From: a virus
Lineage: Duplodnaviria > Caudoviricetes
Strand: one strand, 5' to 3'
Virus record (IMG/VR): IMGVR_UViG_3300048577_000537
Location: 1-26,695 of that record
DNA length: 26,695 nucleotides
A program made the translations under genes and the position numbers. Under the pieces are notes generated by a model. The model saw nothing but the letters and a program-made list of their open reading frames with translations. It was not told the origin of the DNA and ran no database searches. Of the stretch, positions 1 through 9,176 are shown one piece after another; position 1 is the first letter of the stretch; each line of letters begins with the position of its first letter.

Positions 1-324
1 AGTCGTAGCGTTGTAAGTTAAGTGAGCGCCTAACTTAATTCCACCTAAAACTGTGCCGCTGGCAATCGGCATCGCACTCCACCAACTTTCACTTATCCCC
101 GCTACCGAACTATAAGCAACAATATTACCCTGCGCATAAATATTACCTTCTACAACAATGTCGCCTTCTATCGTTTGCGTCTCTTCTCCTGCAAGCTTTA
201 AAAAATTCGAAGTGTCTGCACCTCCGTTCCCCCCTCCTCCAAGAGATAGCGCACTCGATGCTCCGGGGTATATCCTCCCGTTTCTCGCTTTTCGCGGCAC
301 TGTACGTGTAATAATATTAATCAT
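1..324 (-). CDS. Probable tail fibre/receptor-binding protein, N-terminal 108 aa (runs off the window; absent from the ORF track)
   Basis: ATG at 324 overlaps the upstream TGA (ATGA). The frame is open to base 1: MINIITRTVPRKARNG...GGGGNGG...GNIYAQGNIVAY...MPIASGTVLGGIKLG. These motifs resemble phage fibre repeats, and the position follows the tail genes. Confidence 0.65.
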   Translation of the reverse strand, partial: MINIITRTVPRKARNGRIYPGASSALSLGGGGNGGADTSNFLKLAGEETQTIEGDIVVEGNIYAQGNIVAYSSVAGISESWWSAMPIASGTVLGGIKLGAHLTYNATT

Positions 325-2435
325 GTGTTCAGAGGTAAGTTATCTTTATTGAACTCAGTGAGCACCAAATCTGCCGTAGCTTCTCCGTAGTCTATAGTGC
401 ATTCTGTTATCATCAACTTCTTTCCTAACAGGTAATTATTGTATGTAATATACCCAAACAGATTATTCACAAGGTTTAGCGTGCAAGAGAGCTTCGCCGA
501 TGCATTCTTGTAATTACTCAATATACTTCTCAACAATAAATTTTCAAGAGTCGAAGTAAACCCTTCTCTCGTCCAGCTCTGCAAGTAATAATAGTTCGTC
601 CCGTTATAACCCATAACGCCACCGCGTTCAAAAGGAATCCCTGTTACGTTCGTCCCGTGAATAAGCGATACGTTATCTCTCGCATTCTTATATCTTAAGT
701 CTAGCGACTTCTCATATTCTATATCATCGTTCTCAACTGCATTACCGTTCGAATCAGTAACCGTTAACTCAACCTTATCTATCCTGCAATCTAGCGTGTT
801 ATTTGTCGCAGTTTCATCCTGATATAAACTAACACCATCACCTGTCGTCCAATTGTATATCGAAAGCTCAAGCACTCCTCCAGCAAACCCACTAGCAAGA
901 GGTATCAAAATAGGCGATGTGACTATACTTCTGTCTGCAAACATATTTTGATTGTTTGCTGTAAGATATTGATCGTTAATCTCGCCGTAGGTATACACCA
1001 TCGAGTAACTTCCGTCGCCCCTGGGGTATAACTTGTAATCTATTTTTTTAAAGTACTCAAGGTAAAACCAGTTATGCCCTCCCGTTTGTTCTGTCTGCCA
1101 TGTATCCGGACCGCTAAACCTTACGTATACTTTATCGCCGATTTTTATCTTTAGAAATAGAACTCCATATGTCAGTTTTTTCCCAACTTCAGAACTGTCG
1201 TCATAGTTAATTTTCGTCCTGAACATCGCTTCGATATCTATCCTGAGATAATACCCGGCCGATGGAATTACATAAGGTAACTGTTTCTTCCATGTATACG
1301 ACTTTTTACTTTCATCCGCACTACCAAACGCATATTTCCCAATTTTGAGATAGTATTTAGTCTCTCCATTTTTACTCCCGGCCGTGGCTGTTGCCTTTGC
1401 GAACTTCCCTTGATTAAACTTATTCCAGTATATTGAGTAATCATATAGCGTTTCATTCCATGTATATTCACCTGAACCGTTTGCGGTCGTACTCAATTCG
1501 GTATTGAAATCAACCTGATTCGCCGCCCACTTTAAAAAATCGATGTCCCGGTATGGAGAATAAACAATTACTTGTTTATTAAATCCTGCCTGTATTTCTT
1601 TCGTGCTTTCTGTGCTTGCGTATTCAATATCTGAAATGTCGCCAATATGCAAGTTTACATCTTGTGTATTGATATATTCAAACGTTGTCGCGTTGTACAC
1701 TCTAAAAGGCTTAGCATCCTCAGCATCTATATAGCTCAAATCGCTTATATAAAGGGTCCCAAACTTCTGTTCAATAAACGCACCATAAGGCTCAAGTATA
1801 CTCTCTAATACTTTTCTGCAACTCTCTGCGTCTCCGTCTTCGTTGTAGTAGTTTTCCTGAATAACATACTGCTTATGAAATATTGTTTCACCGGCCGCTT
1901 GCGTCACCCCGGTAATAGTTGTAGACAAACCAACAAAAATAAACTTCCAATCGAGCGCGAGTTTCGAAAGTATATTAGTAATCACCGTCCATTGCGAAAC
2001 AATTCCTTCATACTTTGTTTCATCTTCTTTCATATAGCTAATCCTGTCGAGCAGGTTAAACCCGTCATTACAGGTAAAGCTGATAGAGTAGTTATCTATA
2101 TCCGAGAATGGTTCACTAAACAACTCACTATCCATATAATAAGAACCGATTAAAATAGCTCCCTTATAGTGATTCACTTTATACTTCTTCATATCTTCAG
2201 TATAAAGATCTTCAAAAGCTCCGTCAGTCTCGGCCAACAGCGAAAAGTTTAAAATAGATCCTCTCACAGGAACAAACTTATGTGTCACACCAACATATCC
2301 CAAAGTCGGGTACGCTTCGCCTGGAATGCACATCGCCGGCGTTAATGTTTCCGAACTGTTTTCTAAAACATTAATCGTGTACTGAGCATTATTAATATCC
2401 CTGTAATGAAAATAATATTTAACCTGCCAGCTCAT
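321..2435 (-). CDS. Large minor tail / baseplate-hub-like structural protein (704 aa)
   Basis: Long Tyr/Thr/Asn-rich ORF overlapping the tape measure stop. Function inferred from position only. Confidence 0.6.
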   Translation of the reverse strand: MSWQVKYYFHYRDINNAQYTINVLENSSETLTPAMCIPGEAYPTLGYVGVTHKFVPVRGSILNFSLLAETDGAFEDLYTEDMKKYKVNHYKGAILIGSYYMDSELFSEPFSDIDNYSISFTCNDGFNLLDRISYMKEDETKYEGIVSQWTVITNILSKLALDWKFIFVGLSTTITGVTQAAGETIFHKQYVIQENYYNEDGDAESCRKVLESILEPYGAFIEQKFGTLYISDLSYIDAEDAKPFRVYNATTFEYINTQDVNLHIGDISDIEYASTESTKEIQAGFNKQVIVYSPYRDIDFLKWAANQVDFNTELSTTANGSGEYTWNETLYDYSIYWNKFNQGKFAKATATAGSKNGETKYYLKIGKYAFGSADESKKSYTWKKQLPYVIPSAGYYLRIDIEAMFRTKINYDDSSEVGKKLTYGVLFLKIKIGDKVYVRFSGPDTWQTEQTGGHNWFYLEYFKKIDYKLYPRGDGSYSMVYTYGEINDQYLTANNQNMFADRSIVTSPILIPLASGFAGGVLELSIYNWTTGDGVSLYQDETATNNTLDCRIDKVELTVTDSNGNAVENDDIEYEKSLDLRYKNARDNVSLIHGTNVTGIPFERGGVMGYNGTNYYYLQSWTREGFTSTLENLLLRSILSNYKNASAKLSCTLNLVNNLFGYITYNNYLLGKKLMITECTIDYGEATADLVLTEFNKDNLPLNT

Positions 2436-4069
2436 TACCTTCCCCTGCTTATATATTTACTTTCTCTTTCCAAAATAATCATCAAATCTCTTCCCGAAAC
2501 TTTAGTAACAAGCCTGCTATTGCCACCTGTCGTACCCCCTCCGTTCAGCATCCTGAACAAATTAGCCTGCTGCCCTCCGTTTAAATACATCTCTCCGCTA
2601 TTTGCCAGCACCGGAACTCTATCGCCGTAATATGAATTACCAGGTACAATACCGCCCATTTGAAATTTAGGAACTAAACTTGAGAAAAGACCTTTAACAG
2701 CTGCTACGCCTACGCCAGCTGCAATTAACCCAGGTAGCCCCGCTTTGCTATTAGAAGCTATTTGAGCTGCAATAGCTTGAGCCAAATAACCTTGAATAAC
2801 TCCTATAGTTGCATCTATAAAAGAGGAAAGGAATTTTTTTAACCCATCAGCAGAACCCGAGAAAAGACCCTGAAACGCTTCACTCATACCACCTAGTGCG
2901 TTATTAACGCTCTCTGCTGATACTACAAAACCTTTTAACTCCTTGGTTATATTTTTCCAGTGATTCTGAGTATTCTTTATGCTCTCGTTATACTTATTCT
3001 GCCTCGCCGTCAACGTTGCAACAATGTTCGAACTGTTATCGTTCTTCGTAAAGTTCAATGCAAGCGGCTTATTGCTTACCCCTTCCATGTCTGCTTTCTT
3101 CATCGCCTTCAACTGTTCTGCCGCAAGCTTCTTCTGTTCTTCAATAGCTGCAGCAATCTCATTCCGCGTCTTGTTATAAAGCTTCGTTGTCGATGTAACA
3201 TTGTTATTATACTCAGCGCTTAACCGAATACCCTCTGCCATCTTCTCATTAATCTTCTGACGTATCTCCTGGTTATTCGCGTTCGTACTCTGCTCCTGCT
3301 TCAGCGCTGCAAGTTCAAGGTCAAAGCCTTCTTTGTTTACTTTATAAAGATCTCCATACGCGGCCCGCAGTTGTTTGGCAAAGCTCATGCGCTGTTGAGC
3401 GTTGTAGTTTTCTTCGTCTCTTGCTTTCATCGCAAGTTCGCTTATCCTTTCTTCAACCTCTGCACGCTTCAGCGCTGCCGTCTCCTGAAAGTCTTCAAGC
3501 TTATCCTGTATGTCGTTTAGCTTCTTCGCCTTCTCAATATTATCGCTTATTGCATCTCCCCACCCGGTAAACGCGCGTTTCGCATCTTCTCCTGCTCCTT
3601 TAAAATCTCCTTTAAATAGTTTCACAATAGCGCTACCAAGCGCTGCAAGCTTGTCGAGAATAGTATTGATAACTGCTTTTATTACGTCAAAAACTTTCCT
3701 TAACGAGTCGCTTCCCTCGTCTGTGCGCTTAACCCATGCCACTAATCCGGCAAATGCCGTCGCCAGGGCAATCACAATCGCCCCGATACCCGTCGCTATA
3801 AATGCTGTTTTCACCCCCGTTATCGCCGGCACCATCGCCTTAAAGCTTTTAACCCCGCTTAACACCCCGCTCTGCAGTCCTCCCAGCTGTGCAGTCATAG
3901 GTGTAAACATTTCAGCCATGTTGCTAAATGCACCCTTTATCCCGCTTGCTGCCGTCTCGCTTCCTTGTTTCAACGCGGCAAACTTACTCTTTGCGCCGTC
4001 AGCTCCCTTGTCGAAGCCGGCCGCGTTAAGCGTAAGTTCTGTTAATATGCTAAGTTTCTTTGCTGCCAT
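2435..4069 (-). CDS. Tail tape measure protein (544 aa)
   Basis: Ala/Gly-rich helical sequence with hydrophobic segments, a coiled-coil middle and a C-terminal FQMGGIVPG...GDRVPVLANSGE motif; follows the tail chaperones. Confidence 0.9.
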   Translation of the reverse strand: MAAKKLSILTELTLNAAGFDKGADGAKSKFAALKQGSETAASGIKGAFSNMAEMFTPMTAQLGGLQSGVLSGVKSFKAMVPAITGVKTAFIATGIGAIVIALATAFAGLVAWVKRTDEGSDSLRKVFDVIKAVINTILDKLAALGSAIVKLFKGDFKGAGEDAKRAFTGWGDAISDNIEKAKKLNDIQDKLEDFQETAALKRAEVEERISELAMKARDEENYNAQQRMSFAKQLRAAYGDLYKVNKEGFDLELAALKQEQSTNANNQEIRQKINEKMAEGIRLSAEYNNNVTSTTKLYNKTRNEIAAAIEEQKKLAAEQLKAMKKADMEGVSNKPLALNFTKNDNSSNIVATLTARQNKYNESIKNTQNHWKNITKELKGFVVSAESVNNALGGMSEAFQGLFSGSADGLKKFLSSFIDATIGVIQGYLAQAIAAQIASNSKAGLPGLIAAGVGVAAVKGLFSSLVPKFQMGGIVPGNSYYGDRVPVLANSGEMYLNGGQQANLFRMLNGGGTTGGNSRLVTKVSGRDLMIILERESKYISRGR

Positions 4070-4385
4070 TTTTGTAAAAGTCGTTTACTACGTTACTAAT
4101 CGTCTCAACCAGTTCCGGGGGTGGGGGCTCTTTTGCTATCTTAACTTTTGTTTTCTTCTCATCCCACGGCAAAGGCATAATCGAAGTCGCTTCTATATAT
4201 TTATCTTCAACACTAAAGCAGTTTACAATCTTTGTCGCAAGCTGCCTGGTTTGTTCCCAACGATCTTTTTTGTTTTCCGATATCTCGTTAAGCACCGCTT
4301 CAATCTCAAACCACTCCATCTCGTCGAGGAAATATGCGGGACTGATTCCTGTATTTGCAATTACAATCCCGTATATTTCTTTCAT
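4050..4385 (-). CDS. Tail assembly chaperone, T-like part (probably made as a -1 frameshift fusion)
   Basis: Lies between chaperone G and the tape measure gene, in the -1 frame relative to 4388..4717. That frame is open upstream to about 4472. Confidence 0.75.
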   Translation of the reverse strand: MKEIYGIVIANTGISPAYFLDEMEWFEIEAVLNEISENKKDRWEQTRQLATKIVNCFSVEDKYIEATSIMPLPWDEKKTKVKIAKEPPPPELVETISNVVNDFYKNGSKET

Positions 4386-4387
4386 CG

Positions 4388-4717
4388 TCAGGGCTTTTTT
4401 CGGGGCAGCGTCTTCGTCCCGTTCGGCCTTTTTTTTTCCGGCTTCTTCTCCGAGTTTACTTTTACAAGAAAATCATTGAACTCCTGCAGTGCTTCGTTGT
4501 GCTCATCGATTAAATCGAGAAACTCCTCAAACGTCAGCGTAAAGCTTTCCTGGTTACAAGCTTTAAGCAAGTAATAAAACACTTTGCAGATATTACCATA
4601 TGTTTCCTTTACCTCGTCAATGCCGCACCCAAACGCTTCTTCAACCAGAATAATACCCCTTGAAGATGGTCCTACCTTATACTCCTTATTACCAAATGCT
4701 ATCTTGATATAATTCAT
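4388..4717 (-). CDS. Tail assembly chaperone, G-like
   Basis: Small acidic ORF right after the tail tube gene, ending in slippery sequences. Confidence 0.75.
   Translation of the reverse strand: MNYIKIAFGNKEYKVGPSSRGIILVEEAFGCGIDEVKETYGNICKVFYYLLKACNQESFTLTFEEFLDLIDEHNEALQEFNDFLVKVNSEKKPEKKRPNGTKTLPRKKP
4394..4437 (-). other. Candidate programmed -1 frameshift sites
   Basis: In-frame GAA AAA AAA AGG (A9 run, 4429-4437) and CGA AAA AAG (A AAA AAG, 4394-4400), both within the overlap with the open -1 frame. Confidence 0.7.
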
Positions 4718-4728
4718 CGCAAAAAAGA

Positions 4729-5172
4729 TTAAGCAGGTGCATTCGTTTTAGCAAACTGTCCGTGTCCACCGAAAGTGAACGACGCCGTTGCGTCATCACC
4801 GTCGTTTGCGGTTACGTCTAGCTTATCAACATACGCCTGTCCGATATACAAATCCTTTGTTGCATCGGGTGTCCATGCGGGACCGGTGCCGCTGGCAATT
4901 GCCCAAGTTAGTGTGACTAGCTCACGAGTCATAATCGCATCCGTAAGCGCTTCAAAGTTGGTAGCTGTCGCATCGTAGGTAACAAGCAACTCCCCAGATA
5001 TCTCCCAGCTCAACCGCCCTTTCGATTTTTCTGTCCATATGCCACTATCCTTCGAGCTACGATCTTTTGTAGCGTGTGTTATGCTCAGCTTATGCGACTT
5101 TGCAAAAGCAAACGGTTTTTTGGTTGTAGTTCCTATCCACACCATCAGGTCTTTTCCTTCAACAACTTCCAT
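4729..5172 (-). CDS. Major tail tube protein (TP901-1-like)
   Basis: GKDLMV...SSKDSG.W......LSWEISGE...GQAYVD...ATASFTFGGHG pattern; position after the tail terminator. Confidence 0.85.
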   Translation of the reverse strand: MEVVEGKDLMVWIGTTTKKPFAFAKSHKLSITHATKDRSSKDSGIWTEKSKGRLSWEISGELLVTYDATATNFEALTDAIMTRELVTLTWAIASGTGPAWTPDATKDLYIGQAYVDKLDVTANDGDDATASFTFGGHGQFAKTNAPA

Positions 5173-5198
5173 TTTATTTAGGTTTTATTGTTAATATT

Positions 5199-5570
5199 CT
5201 ATCTTACTTTACACTTAAATACAAGCCTCTGACTGTATTCCTCACCATCAAAATCTTCCGACGAGTCAACAACTTCAGCGCTATACAAAATACTCGTAGC
5301 ATAAACCAGCCTTTCTTTTTCAATAATATCTCTCAGCTTCTTTGCTCTCGTCCTGCCTTCTTCATAGGTCGCTGTAACTACTGTCAGCTCAATATTTGTT
5401 TCGTCATACGCGAGAAGATCTTTTGTATATTCCCCTCTTCCGGATACTCTCCTGTAAACAATAAAAGGTGCAGGCGTTTTTTCCGGGGCGATAATAGGGA
5501 ATATCCTATCTCCAACCAGCCCCTCAACATTTCTTAAGCCATTGAATAATATGTCACCTGCGTATATCAT
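5199..5570 (-). CDS. Tail terminator/completion protein (DUF3168-like)
   Basis: LVGDRIFPIIAP...PFIVY motif; synteny. Confidence 0.8.
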   Translation of the reverse strand: MIYAGDILFNGLRNVEGLVGDRIFPIIAPEKTPAPFIVYRRVSGRGEYTKDLLAYDETNIELTVVTATYEEGRTRAKKLRDIIEKERLVYATSILYSAEVVDSSEDFDGEEYSQRLVFKCKVR

Positions 5571-5573
5571 CGT

Positions 5574-6047
5574 TTATCTGTTTGCGTTTCTTTCGTACTT
5601 CTTCAATAAATCGTCATAACTCTTGCGAATATTCTCCGCTATGCTGTTCACCGCTTCTTCTCCCTTGTCTTCAGTTGCCTGTTCTAGAAAGTGAACCGGA
5701 TCCATTTTTCCCGTCTTTCTCAACTTCCGTCCTTTTCTGGCCTTCGTTTGTCTTTCTTTTGTTCCGCCTTCAAACCAGCGAGCCATATAATGTGTATTAC
5801 CTACGTTTACCCCTTCAATCGAATCTCCCGTTGCGTCGGTAATATCTTCCATCCTGAAGGCTTTTTCAACCCGTCTTTTGCGTGTCGTCTTTTTACCTGC
5901 ACTCAGGTTCTTTCTTGCTTCGTCAAGTATAATCTTACCTGCCTTTCTCAAGCCCGCCCGGTATACTTTCTTTTGATTCTCTCCCGTCAGCTCTTCAAAA
6001 GCTTTCACCGCTTCTTCCGTCCCGAATATCTTTAACCTTACATCCAT
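5574..6047 (-). CDS. HK97 gp10-like neck/tail component
   Basis: ARWFEGGT...TGKMDPVHFLEQA motif, basic protein; synteny. Confidence 0.85.
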   Translation of the reverse strand: MDVRLKIFGTEEAVKAFEELTGENQKKVYRAGLRKAGKIILDEARKNLSAGKKTTRKRRVEKAFRMEDITDATGDSIEGVNVGNTHYMARWFEGGTKERQTKARKGRKLRKTGKMDPVHFLEQATEDKGEEAVNSIAENIRKSYDDLLKKYERNANR

Positions 6048-6048
6048 G

Positions 6049-6366
6049 CTATTCGTTTACAAGTTCAAGAGAAAGCTGTAACACCCTGCGAAAAACAAGC
6101 GGATTAACAAACGCAATCTTGTAAACCCTGCCCTCCATCTTCACGCGCAACGTCTCATCAATGCCAGCTTTATGCCTTATCTTAATCTTAATGCTTTGCG
6201 ACGAGAACGTTTCGTTATTCTGTTCGCCTTTATTCCCTGTGTTATATTCAACATCCGCCATGGTATTGTATAAAGTCTTCCATACAACCGAAACAGCACC
6301 CGAAGCGCCTTGAGCGTTCGTGCCTTTCAGTATCTCGATCTTGTATTTCAACCTCCCTATATTCAC
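6049..6366 (-). CDS. Head closure (head-tail adaptor) protein
   Basis: MNIGRLKYKIEI...W....A...IRH...RV..EGRVYKI pattern of the SPP1 gp16/HK97 gp7 type. Confidence 0.85.
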   Translation of the reverse strand: MNIGRLKYKIEILKGTNAQGASGAVSVVWKTLYNTMADVEYNTGNKGEQNNETFSSQSIKIKIRHKAGIDETLRVKMEGRVYKIAFVNPLVFRRVLQLSLELVNE

Positions 6367-6399
6367 TTCTGTTTACTTTTTACTCAGTACTTAGTACTT

Positions 6400-6996
6400 T
6401 TAAAACACAAACACCCTGTCTACATCCAGTAACGCACTCACCCCGAAGTCCATCTCAGCTTGTATCGTTCCCATAACAACCTGTTCCCGGTGCTCGTACA
6501 AATGCCCAACAATTAGTTTAATCGCAGCCTTAACCGTTTCCGGGATCCGCGTTGTGTCTTCTTCGCCGTCTGCATCCACATAACCGCTCTTAAAAATTAT
6601 CCGTATGCTATTAAAAGCAGTGCGGTCCACAACCGGCAACCCCGCATTAAAAGCGATAAGAGCGGGTTCACTTTCAGCATCTACTTTGTATTTATCAGCT
6701 GCAAGCTGTTGCCACACTCCGCCGGCGTCCCGGTATTCAATTTTTGTCACGGACGAAACAGGCGACTTCTCAATCATCAGTACGCAGCTCGGCCAGCTGT
6801 TTAAGTAAGCTTCCCACTCTGTAAGCAGGTAACAGCGGCGCTGGTAGCTCTCGCAATAGCGCGTAGCTGCGAGCACCAAGCTGTTAACAATTTCAATTTC
6901 CCCTGCATCGTCGGTAATATCCAACACCAGGTGCTTAAAAGCTTCTTCTGTTGTCACTACCTGGGCCGCTGGGAATGTCTTCTGCTTATAGATCAT
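6400..6996 (-). CDS. Head-tail connector (HK97 gp6-like)
   Basis: IPETVKAAIKLIVGHLYEHRE motif. Confidence 0.9.
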   Translation of the reverse strand: MIYKQKTFPAAQVVTTEEAFKHLVLDITDDAGEIEIVNSLVLAATRYCESYQRRCYLLTEWEAYLNSWPSCVLMIEKSPVSSVTKIEYRDAGGVWQQLAADKYKVDAESEPALIAFNAGLPVVDRTAFNSIRIIFKSGYVDADGEEDTTRIPETVKAAIKLIVGHLYEHREQVVMGTIQAEMDFGVSALLDVDRVFVF

Positions 6997-7007
6997 CGGG
7001 AATAGAA

Positions 7008-7232
7008 TTAAGCTTTTTCAAAAGTTAAGTACACAACTTCGCCGGGCTTAAAAAAATCGCTTGCAGGAACCTCCTTATCGATATTCATTTTAAGTTCTCC
7101 CCATGGCGTTGCTTTTGTAAAGTCAGCATTCTCTCCCTCGGTGCCGTAAATTGCGTTAAGCTGAACGGTCTTGTTGTATTCATTTTCCGTCACCGACGCA
7201 CATTTAAACTTTGCTTTTACTTTCATTTTCAA
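7008..7232 (-). CDS. Small phage hypothetical protein (74 aa)
   Basis: Clean ORF filling the gap; KAKFKC...ENADFTKATPWG motif. Confidence 0.7.
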   Translation of the reverse strand: MKMKVKAKFKCASVTENEYNKTVQLNAIYGTEGENADFTKATPWGELKMNIDKEVPASDFFKPGEVVYLTFEKA

Positions 7233-7292
7233 CTCAGTTAATTAATAAAATTAAGTTTTGTAAAAATCAATTCTTATTGGCGGTTAGCCTGT

Positions 7293-7583
7293 TTACTTTT
7301 TTAAAAAAGCAACAATCTTTTCAGCTGTAGCTTTTCCTATTCCGTTTAATTCATTCAGCGCTTCTACTTCCGTGGGAACATCTTTCACTTCTTTTATTCC
7401 TGCCGCAATTAGCGCGTCGCGCCCGGGTAACTCTTTCGGCAATCCTTCCTCCGAGTCTTCAACAAGCCGCGCATATCCAAGCTCAATAAACTCATTACCT
7501 TGCGCACTTGAACAATCAAGAGGTTCGCCTTCTGCGTAAGCGTAACCAAAGGGGGCTGTATTTCGAATAAATACTATTTTCAT
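7293..7583 (-). CDS. Small protein with C-terminal helix-hairpin-helix motif
   Basis: LNELNGIGKATAEKI; directly downstream of the capsid gene. Confidence 0.7.
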   Translation of the reverse strand: MKIVFIRNTAPFGYAYAEGEPLDCSSAQGNEFIELGYARLVEDSEEGLPKELPGRDALIAAGIKEVKDVPTEVEALNELNGIGKATAEKIVAFLKK

Positions 7584-7610
7584 TTTGTTAAAAAAATTAG
7601 GTTTTGTTGT

Positions 7611-7640
7611 TAAAACCCGGAGGTTACACGAACCTCCGGG
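7611..7640 (-). terminator. Intrinsic terminator/attenuator after the capsid gene
   Basis: Perfect 10 bp stem CCCGGAGGTT (7616-7625)/AACCTCCGGG (7631-7640) with a 5 nt loop, followed by TTTTA on the minus strand. Confidence 0.75.
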
Positions 7641-7669
7641 GAAACTAAAATCACAATGAAACCAACCTC

Positions 7670-9151
7670 CTATGCTGTTAATGCGTCAAGCATTGCCGCA
7701 AATCGTTTGGGCTCAGGTATTGCTGTATCCCAAAACGAGTCTACCGATATTTCAATCTGTCCCGACGTCTTCGAAGTGTAAGGATCCACAATCATATCCA
7801 ATCCACCCCAGTTGTATATTTGCAATCCGGAGAAGTCACCGAACACTATCGCCGAGCACACACTTGTCGAAGTTCCTTTTGTAAGAGTCGAGGGAACAAG
7901 GTTACTAACCGCTGTCTTCTGTCCGTTCAACTCGTTCACAAGCTGAGGCCAAACAAACATCCCCGAACCATCATCCAATTTTGTAGTTCTCAGTTTGTTT
8001 TTAACTTTCGGGTTAGTTAAGAAAGCCAAACTCATGCCGGCAACATTTGCAATGTCAAGCTTGCTCTCAAGCTCGCAAATGTGAGCGTAAGTAGGGGCGA
8101 GACCGTTTGTACCTCCAACAACGCTTCCAATACCGCTTGTACCCAAAATACCTGTAGGCTGGTTGTTTCCACTGCCGGTACCGTTTATAGCTGCAAGTTC
8201 TACAGCCTGAGCAATAGCGGCAAGGATATCACTTATAACCTGACTTTCAAACGCGCGATTGGTCTGTATCAACCACTGTTTCGAAAGTTTTGTTAAAGCG
8301 CCCAAACGTTTTGGAGATACGGTAATTACCGATGTATCGGCATCGGTTTCGTCCAAATCTGCGTTTTCAGCCTTCCAGCTTGCACTTGTCGAAGTTCCTT
8401 TCACGATATCAAGATTTCCCACCATGTTACCGAACGTCTTTGCGCCTAATCCTGCAAGTACCAGCTGAGGGCGAAGCGCCATCACCAAGCCTTCAATCTC
8501 TGTAGGTATCAACATGCCGCCCTGGTCTCCTGTAACACTCGTAGAACCAGTTGCAGTCATCGCACGTTTCGCAATATTGTCGAGCACTTTTGTCGATACG
8601 CCAATCCCGCTAATACTCATACCGCAAGCTCTTGCCTCTTTCTCAGCTTCTTGGTGCATTTCAAGTTCAATACCGTCAAGCGACCGGCCTTCTACTCTTG
8701 CGCGTATAGCTTTCGTAAACGAATATTTTTCAACTTCTCTTTCTTCCGGATCCTTACCATCATTTTTCTTAAAACTTTTCCCGGCCGCTTTCCGCTTTTC
8801 TTCCTGTCGAAACTCCTCCGCCTCAATCTCACTATTTATTTTTCTAATGGAAGTCACCAAATCATTACGCGTTTCGATCTCCTCGGCATTTAGGTCGCGT
8901 TTCTCTGCCTGGCATTTCTCAACAATATCGTCAAGCTGTTTCACCGCTTTTCCCTTCAGTTCCCGCAGCTCTTCAAGCGACTTACCGCTCATAGTAATAC
9001 CCGCCAAAAATAACGGTGCCGCCATAAGCACAGCGCCCCCGGTCTTTTTTACATCCTGTATCGAGGCCAAAAACATGAACCCGCAAATCGCAAGTATCAT
9101 TACGCTCAAAAATCTGAGCCGCTTGTTAAATCTTTCCTTTACCTTTTTCAT
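7670..9151 (-). CDS. Major capsid protein, HK97 family (alternative start 8992)
   Basis: Coiled-coil delta domain, GGMLIPT, GTGSGNNQPTGIL, IVFGDFS, VDPYT motifs; follows the protease. Confidence 0.95.
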   Translation of the reverse strand: MKKVKERFNKRLRFLSVMILAICGFMFLASIQDVKKTGGAVLMAAPLFLAGITMSGKSLEELRELKGKAVKQLDDIVEKCQAEKRDLNAEEIETRNDLVTSIRKINSEIEAEEFRQEEKRKAAGKSFKKNDGKDPEEREVEKYSFTKAIRARVEGRSLDGIELEMHQEAEKEARACGMSISGIGVSTKVLDNIAKRAMTATGSTSVTGDQGGMLIPTEIEGLVMALRPQLVLAGLGAKTFGNMVGNLDIVKGTSTSASWKAENADLDETDADTSVITVSPKRLGALTKLSKQWLIQTNRAFESQVISDILAAIAQAVELAAINGTGSGNNQPTGILGTSGIGSVVGGTNGLAPTYAHICELESKLDIANVAGMSLAFLTNPKVKNKLRTTKLDDGSGMFVWPQLVNELNGQKTAVSNLVPSTLTKGTSTSVCSAIVFGDFSGLQIYNWGGLDMIVDPYTSKTSGQIEISVDSFWDTAIPEPKRFAAMLDALTA

Positions 9152-9176
9152 CTTCGATTAATTGAATTTTTAATTA

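Noticed and set aside
3510-4574. 354 aa plus-strand ORF
   Set aside because: Antisense shadow of the tape measure and chaperone genes; no recognisable motif.
8514-9161. 215 aa plus-strand ORF and the other plus-strand ORFs left of 26300, e.g. 15699..16418
   Set aside because: Lie almost entirely antisense to well-supported genes; composition mirrors the sense codons.
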